DNA of 61,534 bases, filler included, from Choristocarpus tenellus KU-1152 (Eukaryota; Protista; Phaeophyceae): the NCBI GenBank assembly GCA_964200185.2. It is 7 parts of 7 records of this genome, joined end to end, with 100 filler letters (N's around TTAATTAATTAA, not from the genome) between each part and the next. Parts side by side here need not be neighbours in the genome. Positions count along the whole stretch, not along the records: positions 1 to 23,253 come from CAXNAD020000257.1; positions 23,354 to 30,588 come from CAXNAD020006491.1; 5 more parts are not named here. One strand, given 5' to 3'. Both the position numbers and the translations under genes were made by a program. Below, piece after piece: positions 13,543-25,613 of the stretch (the first letter of the stretch is position 1; every line of letters starts with the position of its first letter). Under the pieces are notes generated by a model. That model had not been told where the DNA came from. It searched no databases and worked only from the letters and a program-made list of their open reading frames with translations.

Positions 13543-14289
13543 ACAAGGAGGTCTGGCCAGGATAGCGACGGTGATTATGAAGGTGGCCAGATCATTCTGT
13601 CCAAAAGGCAAAAACGTGTGTTTTGGCCTTCATGTTATGATAAAGTCTGGGGATTATCCCAACCCATGGTCAGAGGCACCACATACTGCACTACTTGGAA
13701 AAGTAACTACTGAGTAACAGTTCGTTGCACTACACCTAATTGTACTGCCTCCGCTCCTGCCTCGCTCCTCACACATTGGGTTCAGCACTCCCACTGTTTG
13801 TTGCTCTATCTCCTCCCTCGAATCTTCTGCTAGACCTGTTCAACAAAGTTTCCACCTCGATCTTGGTACAGCATTTTTGTGGCATATCCACAGACAGGAT
13901 AGTACCATTGTAGAATCCAATGTGCTTGCCACATGAGACTGAATCATCAAGATCAGATTTTGTGAAGAGAAGTCTGAAGTCAAAGTGTTTCAAACCCACG
14001 AAATTCATGGGGAGTACGAGGACAGTCATACATATAAATAGCATACAAAATTTTCTCACTTTTGGAGTACTTTAGGGGCCCATTTAAGGCCTTCCTAAAT
14101 GCGGCATTTCAGTCAGTAAGGCATGCCATTTGGGGTTGTCACCTATGTCATTTTCGGTTGTGTCATAGAAGGTATGTTTCAACAATTTTGTTAATATTGG
14201 GCGGACATGCCATGTTAAGGGTGGTTTGAGGTGAGAAACAGTCAGCAGAGAGTACCCTTACCATGTATCTCTGGTACACTTTGACCGTG

Positions 14290-14376
14290 CCATACTTTGT
14301 TGCCTTCTGTTTGCATATGGGGATTGATCCTACAACTTTTCTACAAGGAAAAGACTCTAATAGCCACTGAGCCACA
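14290..14376 (-). mobile_element. Possible decayed tRNA-derived SINE head
   Basis: The minus strand has an A-box-like gtggctcagtgg followed about 35 nt later by a B-box-like ggatcaatcc (decayed GGTTCGATCC). No complete cloverleaf. Confidence 0.4.
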
Positions 14377-16677
14377 AAAATATTGCTCCATTTTACAAAA
14401 TACATTCTTCCACACCTACCTCCAAAAAACCAACACTCAACATCAGTATTAACCCAGAAAGTTCGTCATATTCCGCCTGTATTACGTCTGTTACTGATTA
14501 CTAAGTTCAGGCTTATTTGCTCCATTTTTTCCTTCATCAGGACAACGTTTAGGGCCTGGTGGCTTGATGAAGTCCGTTTTTCTTGTAATGAATGCCCAAT
14601 TCAATTTGCTTCATATCATCCACTGTCAGTGGAATATTAGGTTACCCTTACTCTAATACACCCATTGTCCAGAACACTTGTTTTGTTTGCTTAAACCATG
14701 TTCTGAGAACTGACCCACCCACTTCTGTATTGTTATTCTTTCACTTCTTTTGTTGATCTGTTTTACAGAGGATGTAACGAAGAAAGAAAATTGGCAGAAA
14801 AGAGTAGAAAAAAATAAAATAAAATATATAGGTCTTTTGCACTCGCTCATAGTTTCTACCAAGGTCTCAAACCATTTCCTCTGCCTACATCTCTTATTCA
14901 AGTAGTACGGTCCAATTGCTCTGCAACGTTCATTGTCCTGGACAACACTTAGGGCCATTTGCTTTTTCAGGACTGCTGTATAGGACAGCACTTAGGGACA
15001 CTTGCTCTACAATATCCATTATTTTGCAATGTTTGAGCAATTTTGGTTCATAGAGTCGTCGTCCTTGACAACACTGCTGGCCATCTTTTGCTTCGAAAGA
15101 TACATTGTAGAATTGCCATGTACAACACTACAATGTCATTTTTATGACAAAAGTGTTCGTTTTCCAAGGTGGTTGTTTTCACACCCTCCTGCCTTGTGAG
15201 AGGGATTACGGCCACACGATTTGCTTTGTATTTTGAAGTTAGGTTCAAGCATAAAAAAAACGGCTTATGCTCAAGTTTGTATAAAGCAACGATTAATCCA
15301 AAAAGGTACTGGTAGAATGAGTGAACCACAATGGACTCTCTCCAGAATATTTCCATGGTCAATGGGTCATAATACTTGTGCTCCGCAAGTGCTGACTGGA
15401 AAAGAATTCAACTTCTCACCCTTGGCTATACTTGCCCTTAACGTTCTGGCAAGTCATGCCACACAACAGTGCCAAATTGAGAGCACAAGTTCAACATCTG
15501 AGAATATGGTGCACACCACACAAAACAGACTGGACCTAGAGGGTGTTAGAACCTGATTGAAGGTGGATGTATGACAGGCTAGAAAGCATGCGGGGGAAAT
15601 ACTACCAGGTGAAGATTGTACTTGCAAAATAGTAGTATGTACTCACAAATAGGTTAAACAAGTCACCATTGAACTACTCTTGAGTAAGCATTTATACACT
15701 GTTTTGAGCATGGGTCTACTAAAGTCTGTCTCAAAAACACCAGGGCAATACATTGGGAATTGGACATAGAACAAAAAAATTAGAGTACCTACACAAAAAT
15801 AGTCTCCACTGTAGCAGTTCACCATCCAAGCTTCAGCCATCCAACGTTCAGCATGCTCCTCATATCATGCACAGTATGATTCTAAGAATCTGCTTGATTG
15901 CACCGATAGTTACTGCCTCAATAATATTTACTCTCGCCCAAAAGGTCAATCCACAATAGTTCTACCAGATTTTGACCTTGTAATCAAAGGTTCCAGAAGC
16001 AAACCAACATCTCAAAAAGGACTGGCTGATTCTCGTTACAATACCCAAGTGTTATACGTCCTCAATTGGCTATGCCCTGGCATACAAGTTTTTCAGGAAA
16101 AAAAATGCAATGCCTTAGAACAAAAGCCCTACATGCTTCCTAGCTTCCCATAACCTCTCTCAGGAAGTTTTCTTCAGCAAAGGACTATCATGTGCACCAA
16201 AAAGAAGTGCTGGTCTCAATTCTTAAACTGAGAAAAAAGGGTTTGTGTTGGCCCAAAGTGCAAGTCCATATGTAAAAGCAAACCCTAGTCCCAGGATAGT
16301 AGGTGGGGTTGATGGTGTACTTTCTTCTTGAAGCAAAACTGTGTATCTATAGCCACCACTTAAAGGAGATGTTTGATTGGTGCCAACATCAATGAAAGGG
16401 GTTTAACAACTATTACAAAAGATGGTGTGGCTCAAGGTTGACAAGATCTAATTTTCCTCACTCCAGGAACGTTCGTATGGCATGGAATGCCACATCTACA
16501 TGGAGTACCCAGGCTAAAAATATTACTATTAAATACCGCAGGCTCAGACAAAATCAGTCTCCTGAATTGTTACAGACACACTCTAGAGCCCACTGAGCAA
16601 ACCGACGACTATCAGCAATCCAAAATCCTTCCACAAGGAAGTTAAGCATCTAACACTGAGTACAGCCAGGTCTATAA

Positions 16678-19600
16678 TTACATCTCTGCAAGTGCAGCCG
16701 TGTCTCTCAGACGTTTGATGATAGCATACAAGGAGCGGTTCGCCTTCAGGCCAGTCACCTGCACGGTCACATTGTTGGAGTACCAGAAAGACGAAGTTTA
16801 TGTTCCATTATTGTATCACACAACACCCAGTACATGGTGCATGGGGATTCACATTAGATCGAGTGTTAAGAACAATACTCACAGCATTACTAATATAATA
16901 GGAACAGTGGTAAACAAAAAGGGTAGCCACATAAGGGGCCGTGTTAGTGTTGCTTAGTGTACTAAATTGAGACTGCACGCTTGCAGAAAGCTAAAAATGT
17001 GGTACGTATCCACCTAGCTGCTCATGTCATCCTTGAAAGAAATATGCACTAGCCTAGACATCGATCTGTAACCACACCTTTTCAAAGAGGGGAGTTAGCT
17101 TCACCAACATCCAGATCCGCTGTTCCCTCAGAGTCATTCTCCGTCTCCCAACCAAACAAAGAATACATTTTTTCTGTCTGTTGGAAATGAAAGTACCTAT
17201 GGTCAACCAATAACTCAATTGTAGCCGCCAGTAATGGTGCTGTAATGTGCTCTTCTCACCATTGTTTCATGTGCATTCAGCATTTCTTCGAAGCCTCTCT
17301 CCCCTACCATGCATTCTTGGAGTGATTGAGCATAGCGTTCTTCATAGACACCCCTTGACAGCACCCTCTGCACAGGCGATCGCTTCAAGTACTCACAGAA
17401 CCCCATCCTTGCACGGTATGTCATAGGGGGAGAGGGTGAGGGCAGAGTTTGATATCTCATGTTTGCCGGTTCTGAACAAGCTCTATCTCCTGAGTTATGC
17501 TCCTACATGCACATAGTAGAGTGTCACACTGATAAGATGCAGGTACCAGCATTCCAATAGATGTGTAGTTCTACATCCAGGATGAATGGTGAGAGAGGCA
17601 TGCTAGAACATGAAGATATGCAGACTTTGAAACACCAGGTCTACATAACAAAATATTTCCCTGCAGTCTCAACTGGCTTTGATTGCAAACAAAAATTCCA
17701 GAACAGGCTTCCCTCCCTCCACCCTTCTATTCTTAGTGACTACTACATCAAATTCGGCTCACCAGTCGTCCAGTTGGCTCTTTGAAATGCTCAATGTAGA
17801 ATCTGCCTTGGAGTTGACATCTGGGGAATCCAGCCATACAGTAACAACATACCGCTCAGTCTGGCAGGGCAACACCCGGTGCAGCACACGGTCACTACAG
17901 AAAACTACCTGTACAGGCATCAAACCCACACAGAACGTTGTTATTGATGGGGGCATTGAAGGTTATTGTGTTAGGCTATGTGGTACAGTATTCATGGGTC
18001 CAAATTGGATTGAAGTCTTGGCAACATGAACCTGCCAGGGTAGTAGAGAGATGAGCAGTGCACTCTGTTCGTTCACATTCACATGAGCGGAACACAAGAT
18101 CAAACAAGCATGACTCTGTGAACTAGCACTGAATGCCTTCCTTGAAGCTAACAATAGATTGTCGGAAGAGCTGTTGGTCCCATTTGTCTTTGTAAATTTC
18201 ATCAGTCGTGTACTCCACAAGTCTATCAGGGACACACAGTAAACTATTGCACACAAGACAAAACACTGTGGAGGTTCGGTCTGAATATAAACGCCCACAC
18301 TGTCATCAGCCTAAGGCCAGCACCTCACCAATCTGTCATGCAGTGGCTCTATACATCGCTCTCTTTCCAGAAAAGGCAGCAGGCACATTTCCCCACCATC
18401 CCCTTCCTGCCAGTCCGGGTTGAGGTATAATAGACAAGTCAATGCTCGCTTGTTAGGAAGTCCAGGGTTGTCGTAGTGGTAGGGGAAGCACCCCCCAAAT
18501 CCTGATAAGACGTGTTGAACAGGATTTTTTGTTATGTAGAGTTCAGATATATATCGACCATAAACAAAGCAAGGGAGCTTATTAAAGGTTAGAGAATGGG
18601 GTCAGCTCGAATCTGTGGATCAGTTGACCAGAGGCTAAGAGACTCTTGGTCTTGGACCAAGGGGATCCCTGCATAGAGTAGTCACTCTCTAGTTCAGTTT
18701 CAAACATATGGCAAGAGACAATACCTGGTATTGCTGCTTTTAACAGGGAGCACAAACCTGCATTCCGCTGAAGCTTAACCGTACGCCCCTGTGTACCCCT
18801 GCAGAGTCTCATGCCCGGTATGCCCTCTGCAAGGACCTCTCCTAGCTCCTCTTGGTGGAACAATGCCCCAAGTTCGGGAACCCTGCTCAGAAGGATTCAA
18901 TGGAGGAGGTTATCAGCGCTGCCCCCGTCTTATGAAATATGGTGTTTTGCCTCCATTTCTTGGTCATTGGATTTGATTGTAGGACATATCCAGATGTATA
19001 TGAGGTCTACTTCATTTTAATACGTCTCATGTGCAAGGAGTGCTTAAACACTCCACACCTTTTGGGGTTTCTGCTGACGTCGAATGGGGTGTTGTCATGT
19101 GAATTTGCCAGACATCGAGTCCGATCTGTGGGTGATCGTAGGTCGTTTGCAACGAAAGGGGGAGATCTAGCTCACTACCCACTCTGCAAGTTTCAGACCA
19201 GGAAATCGTACACTTCAGCTTGGCTCGATTGCCTCCTTCCCCAACCCCTTTCCCAAGCTTGGTCGCACTTTTCACGGAGGACCTTGTCGTGGAGATCGAC
19301 CTCATAGACGTTTGGCTTTGAAAATCTTTGGGGCGGCCTCCCATCAGGGTGTGAGAATTGCGTCTCATTGGGCAGCATCAACCTGGCTTCGTCCATAACC
19401 AGGGGAATAGAGAGTTGAGAATGGGAGTTAACGCATAGTTGTGTCAAAATGTGGAACAGCGAAAAACAAAACCTGTTTTTCTGATCTCATCTCTTCCTAA
19501 AATATTTTAGTGCGGTACCAATCTCTTACCCTGTGTTGTTAAGCCATTGCATTTCTTGTCTCATGGCCAACGCCCATGGTCGACCCAAGAAGTTGTCCAC

Positions 19601-19908
19601 AACCAAAAATCCTTCACGTTGAAGCTGGTTACAACGTTCAGGTGATAGCTTCTCTCTGAAGCCCGAGAAAGCACGCTTGAAAGGAACCTCATAATCTTCT
19701 TGAAATGATGTCGTATCTGGCATGAGGTTTGGACCGTGGAAGAGGCTTGTCTGCACTTCTGGTTGGAAGCGAGGACCTGAATACTTGATTACCTTTTCAC
19801 TTAGAGGAGGATATAATCGATGCACTCACCAGTCACAGCTACGGTAGCATTCCGCGACGGCTCCAATAAGTTTTTCACTGGAGTCCCTGTGTCCTCCTTG
19901 CTCGCCAT
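16678..19908 (-). CDS. 2-oxoglutarate/Fe(II)-dependent dioxygenase, EGLN/PHD prolyl-hydroxylase-like, about 370 aa; 8 exons (19830-19908, 19530-19776, 19269-19382, 18758-18882, 18329-18501, 17763-17908, 17260-17407, 16678-16758)
   Basis: All seven GT-AG introns are phase-consistent. Motifs: GFLVVDNFLG, HxD (CFPYHYDNP), LTCLLYLNPDW..GDGGE, DRLVVFCSDRVLHRVLP (distal His) and ERYVVTVW (2OG-binding Arg). Confidence 0.92.
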
Positions 19909-20073
19909 TGTCAAGGCCCTTGCAACGATGCCAACACTAGTTCATATGGTGAAGTTTACTTGAGATTGTTTTATGTTACGTATTTATTGTTTCTTCCTCG
20001 CTATAAGATGCGGAAATACGTACGAAAGGAATTCCCAACACCTCATTAATGAACAAAAACAACCTCTGAGAGT
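19909..20073. promoter_or_regulatory. Putative compact bidirectional promoter between the oxygenase and esterase genes
   Basis: Divergent ATGs lie only 65-165 bp apart (19908 versus 19973/20074) in a CpG-retaining zone. Confidence 0.55.
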
Positions 20074-22970
20074 AATGGTGAGATTTTCCATCGCAGCAAG
20101 CACTGCAAGTGTTCTATGTAGTATGCACCAGAGCACACCTCAGTATGTATATGCCTATTGTCACGGCTTCCTTAGTGGCCCAGCGTCTTTCACGGGCGTT
20201 GAGCTTAAGAAACAGCTTGCAGACAAAAGAGTTGACTTGGAACTTCTCAATCTCAATGGGGGAGACGATCCAGGAGGAATAAGCTTCTCAGGAGGGGTGG
20301 AGGTTGTGCGCACACTCTTTGAAGATAAGAAACAGGTGCTCGGAGATGGGATAAAGCTGAGGCTAATTGGAAGCAGCCTTGGTGGATATGTGGTTGCAAG
20401 GTAAGACGGAAAGCAGGAATGCTGGTTTTCTCGATCGACGAAAAGTGTGGCTTGTAGTGCAGCATTTCAGTGCACCTTGCTCCTAACGTATGGCATTACC
20501 ATAGCTTTCCCCCCTATATCCTCCGTGTCACGAAACGACAACTATCTCGTTGCTACCCATCGTTTCTCGGGAAGATACGCCGAGCTCTACCCAGATCAGG
20601 TTGACCGGATCTTCATGCTCTGTCCAAGCTTTAACCTGGCTTCACGCTGGTCCAAGTTTTATAGCGAGGAATATTTGCGCACCTGGGAAAAGGATGGAGC
20701 GAGAGGTGAGCTAGATCAAACAGTAAGGCTCCCCACGTGACAGGTGTCAGGATGAAGAGGTCAAACGATCTTGCATTGCTGTAGACCTTAATGAAACTTC
20801 CAGTAGACCATCTCCTCATTTATGATAACCTGGGAGTTTTGTTGGCGATTTACGAATGGTACTGTGCAATAATTATTAATCTCACCGCATGGCGTCATCA
20901 CTAATGTACTTCCAATGGTCCTGGTAACACCTCAAGTGGCTTCAACATACGTAGAATTTCCCAAGAATTCTGACACAGCTTGGGACCTTTCTTGTGCTGA
21001 TCATCTAGCCTCTCAGGTGCTCTTCCGCTCAGAGGAGGGCCACCTGAGGTGTTCGATGGAGAAAGTAGCAAAGGATCATGTAGAGTATTTAGGGGTCCAC
21101 GCGCCATCGATCGAGTTTGATACTTCTAACCATGAACTCCATAACGGTCCCATTTGCAGTGTTGGCAACTTCAGCTGAGCAACCTCCTGGCGATTCAAAA
21201 GAGCTGGCCTTACGTCAACCCTCCTGCCCCCACTGTATCCTCACAGACTTTGTCCTCCCTGGAGATGTGGGGGGGACTACAAGTATACCGTGGTCCTTTG
21301 TAGAGGATGGTCTGTCGCAGCCAGCATTTCCTGCTTATACCTGCCCAGCCTTCATTGTACATGGCCTCGGGGATACAACTGTGCCCTCAGACACAACCAG
21401 GAGACTGGTAGAGGAAATGTGAGCTGAATTTTTGGAAAATTGATGGGGGGGTAGGGAGACATAGATGAAGGGCTCAAAGTATCTGGGGTGGAGTGGGGGG
21501 GTCTACACCAGGGTGTCCATTCAGGCCCTGACCAGGAGAAGTGAGCTTACATTATCCATGCGATGCATGCAACCAAATCACCCAAAAATCGTGACATGGA
21601 TTAATGGGCTCTGAATGGACAGCCACCACCACCCCCAGATACTTTGAACTGAAGCTGTTTGAGTGGCAGTGAAATAGGAGCATACGAAGGGATATTTGCA
21701 AGGTGCATCATAACTTAGGACAAAAATACTGTAGGAAACCTTATAACTGAAATGTATGTCCAAACCTGGATATGGTGGTAGTTAAATCTTTGCATATTAG
21801 TGGTATCCATTGAGTTACTTGGGCTAATCTCATTCAAACTGGGGGAAGGGATCTGATGGCTGTGCAAAAGGCTCCTATACTGAATTTTTGCTGTGCCCCC
21901 TGTCATGCAAAGATGTTCCTTTCTGGGCCAAGCTCTCAAGGCAGGTTCTTTGAAGTATATAATTGAGACCATTCCTGCTATGTACTACACAAACATTTCC
22001 TCTTACAAGTTGTGGGTGTCTGTTCAAGGCAAGACTAAGGTTCAAGTTCAGATCTTGTGTTTAGGTACTCCTCTATGTCCTTCAGCAAACCTTCAATTGT
22101 ACTTCTGCAGTATGAAGTATACATTTTTCTGTATACTTTTGGTTATAGGTGTGTTTCTGTACTTGTTATCTCCTTGCATAAAAGTAAATGGCATACACAT
22201 CAATGCGGGTTGATGTGTTTCTAGAGAAGTAGAGGTATTCAATAGGCATAATACTCACAGTATGCAATAGAAATGGCACAGAGTTGCCAACCAAGGTGAC
22301 TCAAGCAGATTGACAGCTAGATTATCCTAGAGTGCTAGTATCTTACTCTGATGCTTGGTGGTGCTCAAAACACGTATAAGAATGTTCTCATCTTTTCAAT
22401 ATATACGCGATTCTTGGCAGTATGTCAACATCTTGGCTTATATTGAATATGCCAATACACAGGTGCATACTTCTGAATATTGTTGTGTTAAGTAATACGT
22501 TAGGGTTCTCCATGGAGGGATTTTTATTCTTGCCCAAACTGTACATTACCTGTTCCTCACAACTACTGACCAAATGAAAGGCCTGCCCAGGGGAAGAAAA
22601 CCACAGCAATGTTTGTTGAAGATGGACACTCCCTCACGCTCCCCAAGACCATGAGCTTAACTTCCAAAGCCATGTTTGAGTTCTTCGAGATTGGTGGAGC
22701 TGCAGGGGATGGGGATGAAGGTGTTGGTGCATCTGAGAAAAGCACTGTTGAGGTGAGTCAGTTACCAGGTTAACAGACTGTTGATTAAGTGTTCATATTT
22801 GGCGGTTTCAAACCAGACCTGCACGCTCATGCCAACTATTAGTGCTGCTACATAGAACCTACTGTTCTATGCCATCACCATATTCATCTTTCCCCTTCAC
22901 TATGTGCAATCTTGTGCCCATGTTACAGGTGGAACGAAAATTTCCTGCACATGGTCTAGATAAGCTCAAG
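19973..22970 (+). CDS. YqiA/YcfP (UPF0227)-type alpha/beta-hydrolase esterase continuing into a putative CYTH/thiamine-triphosphatase-like domain; 3'-truncated by contig end; exons 19973(or 20074)-20400, 20575-20705, 21247-21418, 22581-22752, 22929-22970
   Basis: Motifs YCHGFLSGP, nucleophile LIGSSLGGY, IVHGLGDTTVP (Asp) and EDGHSL (His). After a Gly/acidic linker the frame continues over a phase-0 intron into TVE|VERKFPAHGLDKLK with another donor. All phases agree; the start codon is uncertain. Confidence 0.88.
21471..21650. mobile_element. MITE family B (180 bp; TIR GGCTCAAAGTATCTGGGG; TSD GAAG) in esterase intron 3
   Basis: The element reads ggctcaaagtatctggggtgg ... ccacccccagatactttgaact and is flanked by GAAG on both sides (21467-21470, 21651-21654). 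Confidence 0.85.
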
Positions 22971-23253
22971 GTGAGAGGGCATATTAACACACCATGAGTG
23001 AGTGAGATCACTGCTGTGAGGAGAGGAAACAAAACAACTGGATGGCGGTACTCACCTCCTCTGCACTATGTACAAGGGGTTTTAAAACAGTATTTCATCT
23101 CTCTGTTTCTCACCACCACCAGAATCTCTCAACCTTCTGACTTGTTCTTTTGCACTGACACAAACTGTGTGGGTACCCCAGAGTATGCATTTTTTTTACC
23201 CCACCCCCTTGATCCACACCCTTGCCCCTGCTCATCACTGCTGCATTGGGGGC

Positions 23254-23353
23254 NNNNNNNNNNNNNNNNNNNNNNNNNNNNNNNNNNNNNNNNNNNNTTA
23301 ATTAATTAANNNNNNNNNNNNNNNNNNNNNNNNNNNNNNNNNNNNNNNNNNNN
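23254..23353. other. Artificial contig linker
   Basis: 44 N + TTAATTAATTAA (stops in six frames) + 44 N. Confidence 0.99.
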
Positions 23354-23375
23354 CACCCCCCAGATACTTTGAGCC
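23354..23375. mobile_element. Terminal fragment of MITE family B at contig start
   Basis: cccccagatactttgagcc is the family B right TIR. A similar left TIR (ggatcaaagtatcttggggggt) starts at 30537 at the other end of this contig. Confidence 0.6.
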
Positions 23376-23689
23376 TTAAGGTATCCACTTTCCTACCCCC
23401 CCTCCTCTTGAAAGCACGTGTAAACAACAAAGTAAAGGAATGCTTTATCCTCCATGTCATCCACAACAAGACGTTCTTCCACAATTAATTATGATTGTAC
23501 TCCAAGTATAATATTTATTATTATTACCGTTGTTTTGCATCATATATTTTTTGTACTATTACTAAATAGTTTTGGTAAGATAAATTGGGGTGAGACGAGC
23601 ACCATCGCTTCAGTAGTGTGCCTACCCCCAACTGGGGACAAAGGGGTTCTGGTTTCCACTTTCCAGGCAAGGGGCATGGCAGGGTAGGT

Positions 23690-23950
23690 ACGGCGTACAT
23701 CATTGTTCCTCATTAAAATTTCTCCCATTTCATGAAGTCTCCCATCCCCACTGTGCAAATAACCTCTTGAGAGGTACCCTGCCTGCATGTGCTACCAGTA
23801 AGATACCTCTATCATTACTGCAAGTCTATGTAGTCCTTCTGCTTGTAGAGCACGGTGACGACCACATCCTACTAGACATGAGGCACAACTTCCTGATCAC
23901 GCACAACCAACACAATTTTGTGGAAACCCTAAAGGATAACTACATCCTCT
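23690..23950 (-). mobile_element. RTE-like LINE RT fragment, homologous to about 12560-12760
   Basis: The minus strand reads GFHKIVLVV.DQEVVP...DVVVTVLYKQKD...RGILLVAHAGRV, with stops. Confidence 0.7.
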
Positions 23951-25613
23951 TGTGGGTCAAGTTTTAGTAGGTGGGTGGGTGGGTACAACAGCACAGAACT
24001 AGTTATCATCATTGTGTTGTGCCCTCAATTGCACCACAGCAACCTGCGAGATCATTCACCTTTCCATACAAAATATGCTACCTAAGGTGGTCGGGTTTTT
24101 TGTGTACTTGTCTTACAGTTGTGGGTTGCACCCAGTAGTGTCACACACAGCTCAGGCGAGTATATCTCGGATGCATTTGGGTTGTTTTTATTTGGAAACT
24201 TCAGCAATCGATGTTTGTCAGCAGTCTAACGTGGTTTACTCCTCTCTTTGCACTCATTGTCCCCATGGAGAAGAAGACACATAGAAACATTTAATGAACA
24301 GGTGCTCTCTATGACTATGCAACACTGTCCATTCATCGGCGACATCACGTCAACATATACAAGGACAGAGAGAGGCTGAACTTTCAGATACCGATGACAA
24401 ACATCATCACAACTCCAACACATAGTTGACCATAATTTTAACCCACCTAAATGAAACATTCCATAACCTTAAACAATTCTCTTCAATACGGAAGTCCAAC
24501 ACGGAGCTGCTTTTCAACTATTCTCCATATTTTATGCACATCATTGCCGATCATGGATTATATCCTGCCTACCTCCCTCACTCCGTACATCCATATTGCT
24601 TCCACAAGAAGGAAGGGACATCCTCCACGTTTTTCGCTATGGCCTCAATCTGGGGGTAAGGATTTTTTGTGTGTGTTTTTTCTCGTAGAAATACAACAAT
24701 GATCACATTTATTTGTGAGGTGTCCATTTCTAGTTTTATTTTTGAACTTCAGTAACAACCTTGTCAACACAATATCCTCTTGCGTATTTGGAGTCCAAAT
24801 ACTATACTTTTCTGAATATTTTTTTGTTCTTCACATTAGTGTGAGGGGTTAGACTTCGGATTTACTATAGGAGAAAAATCTCGGAGAAAAAATGGAAGAA
24901 AAAGTCCTAGGGATGCTCACACAATCACGCACACTCATCACTCATATCAAAAAAACTATAACAATAAAAGGAACAAACGAAATCGGTTCTACAACATAAT
25001 ATATAATATGTAATAAATTCTTTAGCAATTATGAGTCGGTTGCACAGAGAAATGCGTGGTTAGTAAACTTTTCTCATATTCTAGAGAAGTTGGAATTTAT
25101 GTTCTGATTCCTGGTCAAATATATATTTTTCTATTCTTCACATTAGTTTCATCTGTTATAGATTTGTAGATTTTGAATGTACTCCGAAGAAAAAGAAACG
25201 TGAAATAGAATAGAATATGGATTTTGTAAATTGTAAGTAAAAGGAAAACATTTTTTCTGAATATTAAAAAAATGTAACTTGGAATTGGAAAGAAAGAAAG
25301 TAGTACCAAAGAAAGGAGTGGTGTCCACGACGATTTCATACCTCAGCACTTTCGCACCATCACAAACAGTAGTACTCCTCTTCATTCTCCTAATAAGTGG
25401 TAAGTGCTCAGTCCACTGTCAACTCGAAGTTGTGGCTTGTAGAAATTGCCATCCACTTCCTTTTGAACTGACATTTCGCCTGATACTCGTCTGTGTCACG
25501 TTCTACGGTTTCTCCCAGGCCACGATTGCATCTTTCGCCGTTTGCCGGCAAGCTCACTCGGTTGTTTGTGCCATCCAATCGAAAGCGCGGACTTCAGATA
25601 AACATAGTTCAAC

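Larger units (their letters stand above)
9560..13610 (+). mobile_element. Decayed RTE-like LINE (APE endonuclease + reverse transcriptase), interrupted by two DNA-element insertions
   Basis: APE motifs LSTFFSVPKG...LRLDYVLTRQ (9890-10010), linker ERWRRYF (about 10685-10702), RT motifs LVHAGKVL, IFRQFYYKMRA..MGDGKCTDFFEVGQGL, GCVAPILLNIFF and FYADDVG (about 13245-13265). The reading resumes as GGLARIATVIMKV after the MITE. Many stops and frameshifts. Confidence 0.85.

Noticed and set aside
14650-15560. Possible piggyBac-like transposase remnant on the minus strand (YYLNKRCRQRKWF, RESIVVHSF)
   Set aside because: The similarity is too weak by eye, and I found no TTAA-bounded TIRs. It needs a profile search.
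24226-25580. Splice-like sites on the minus strand divergent from the Cys-rich gene
   Set aside because: The best assembly gives only about 34 codons with no recognisable motif. It could be a noncoding transcript but is unsupported.
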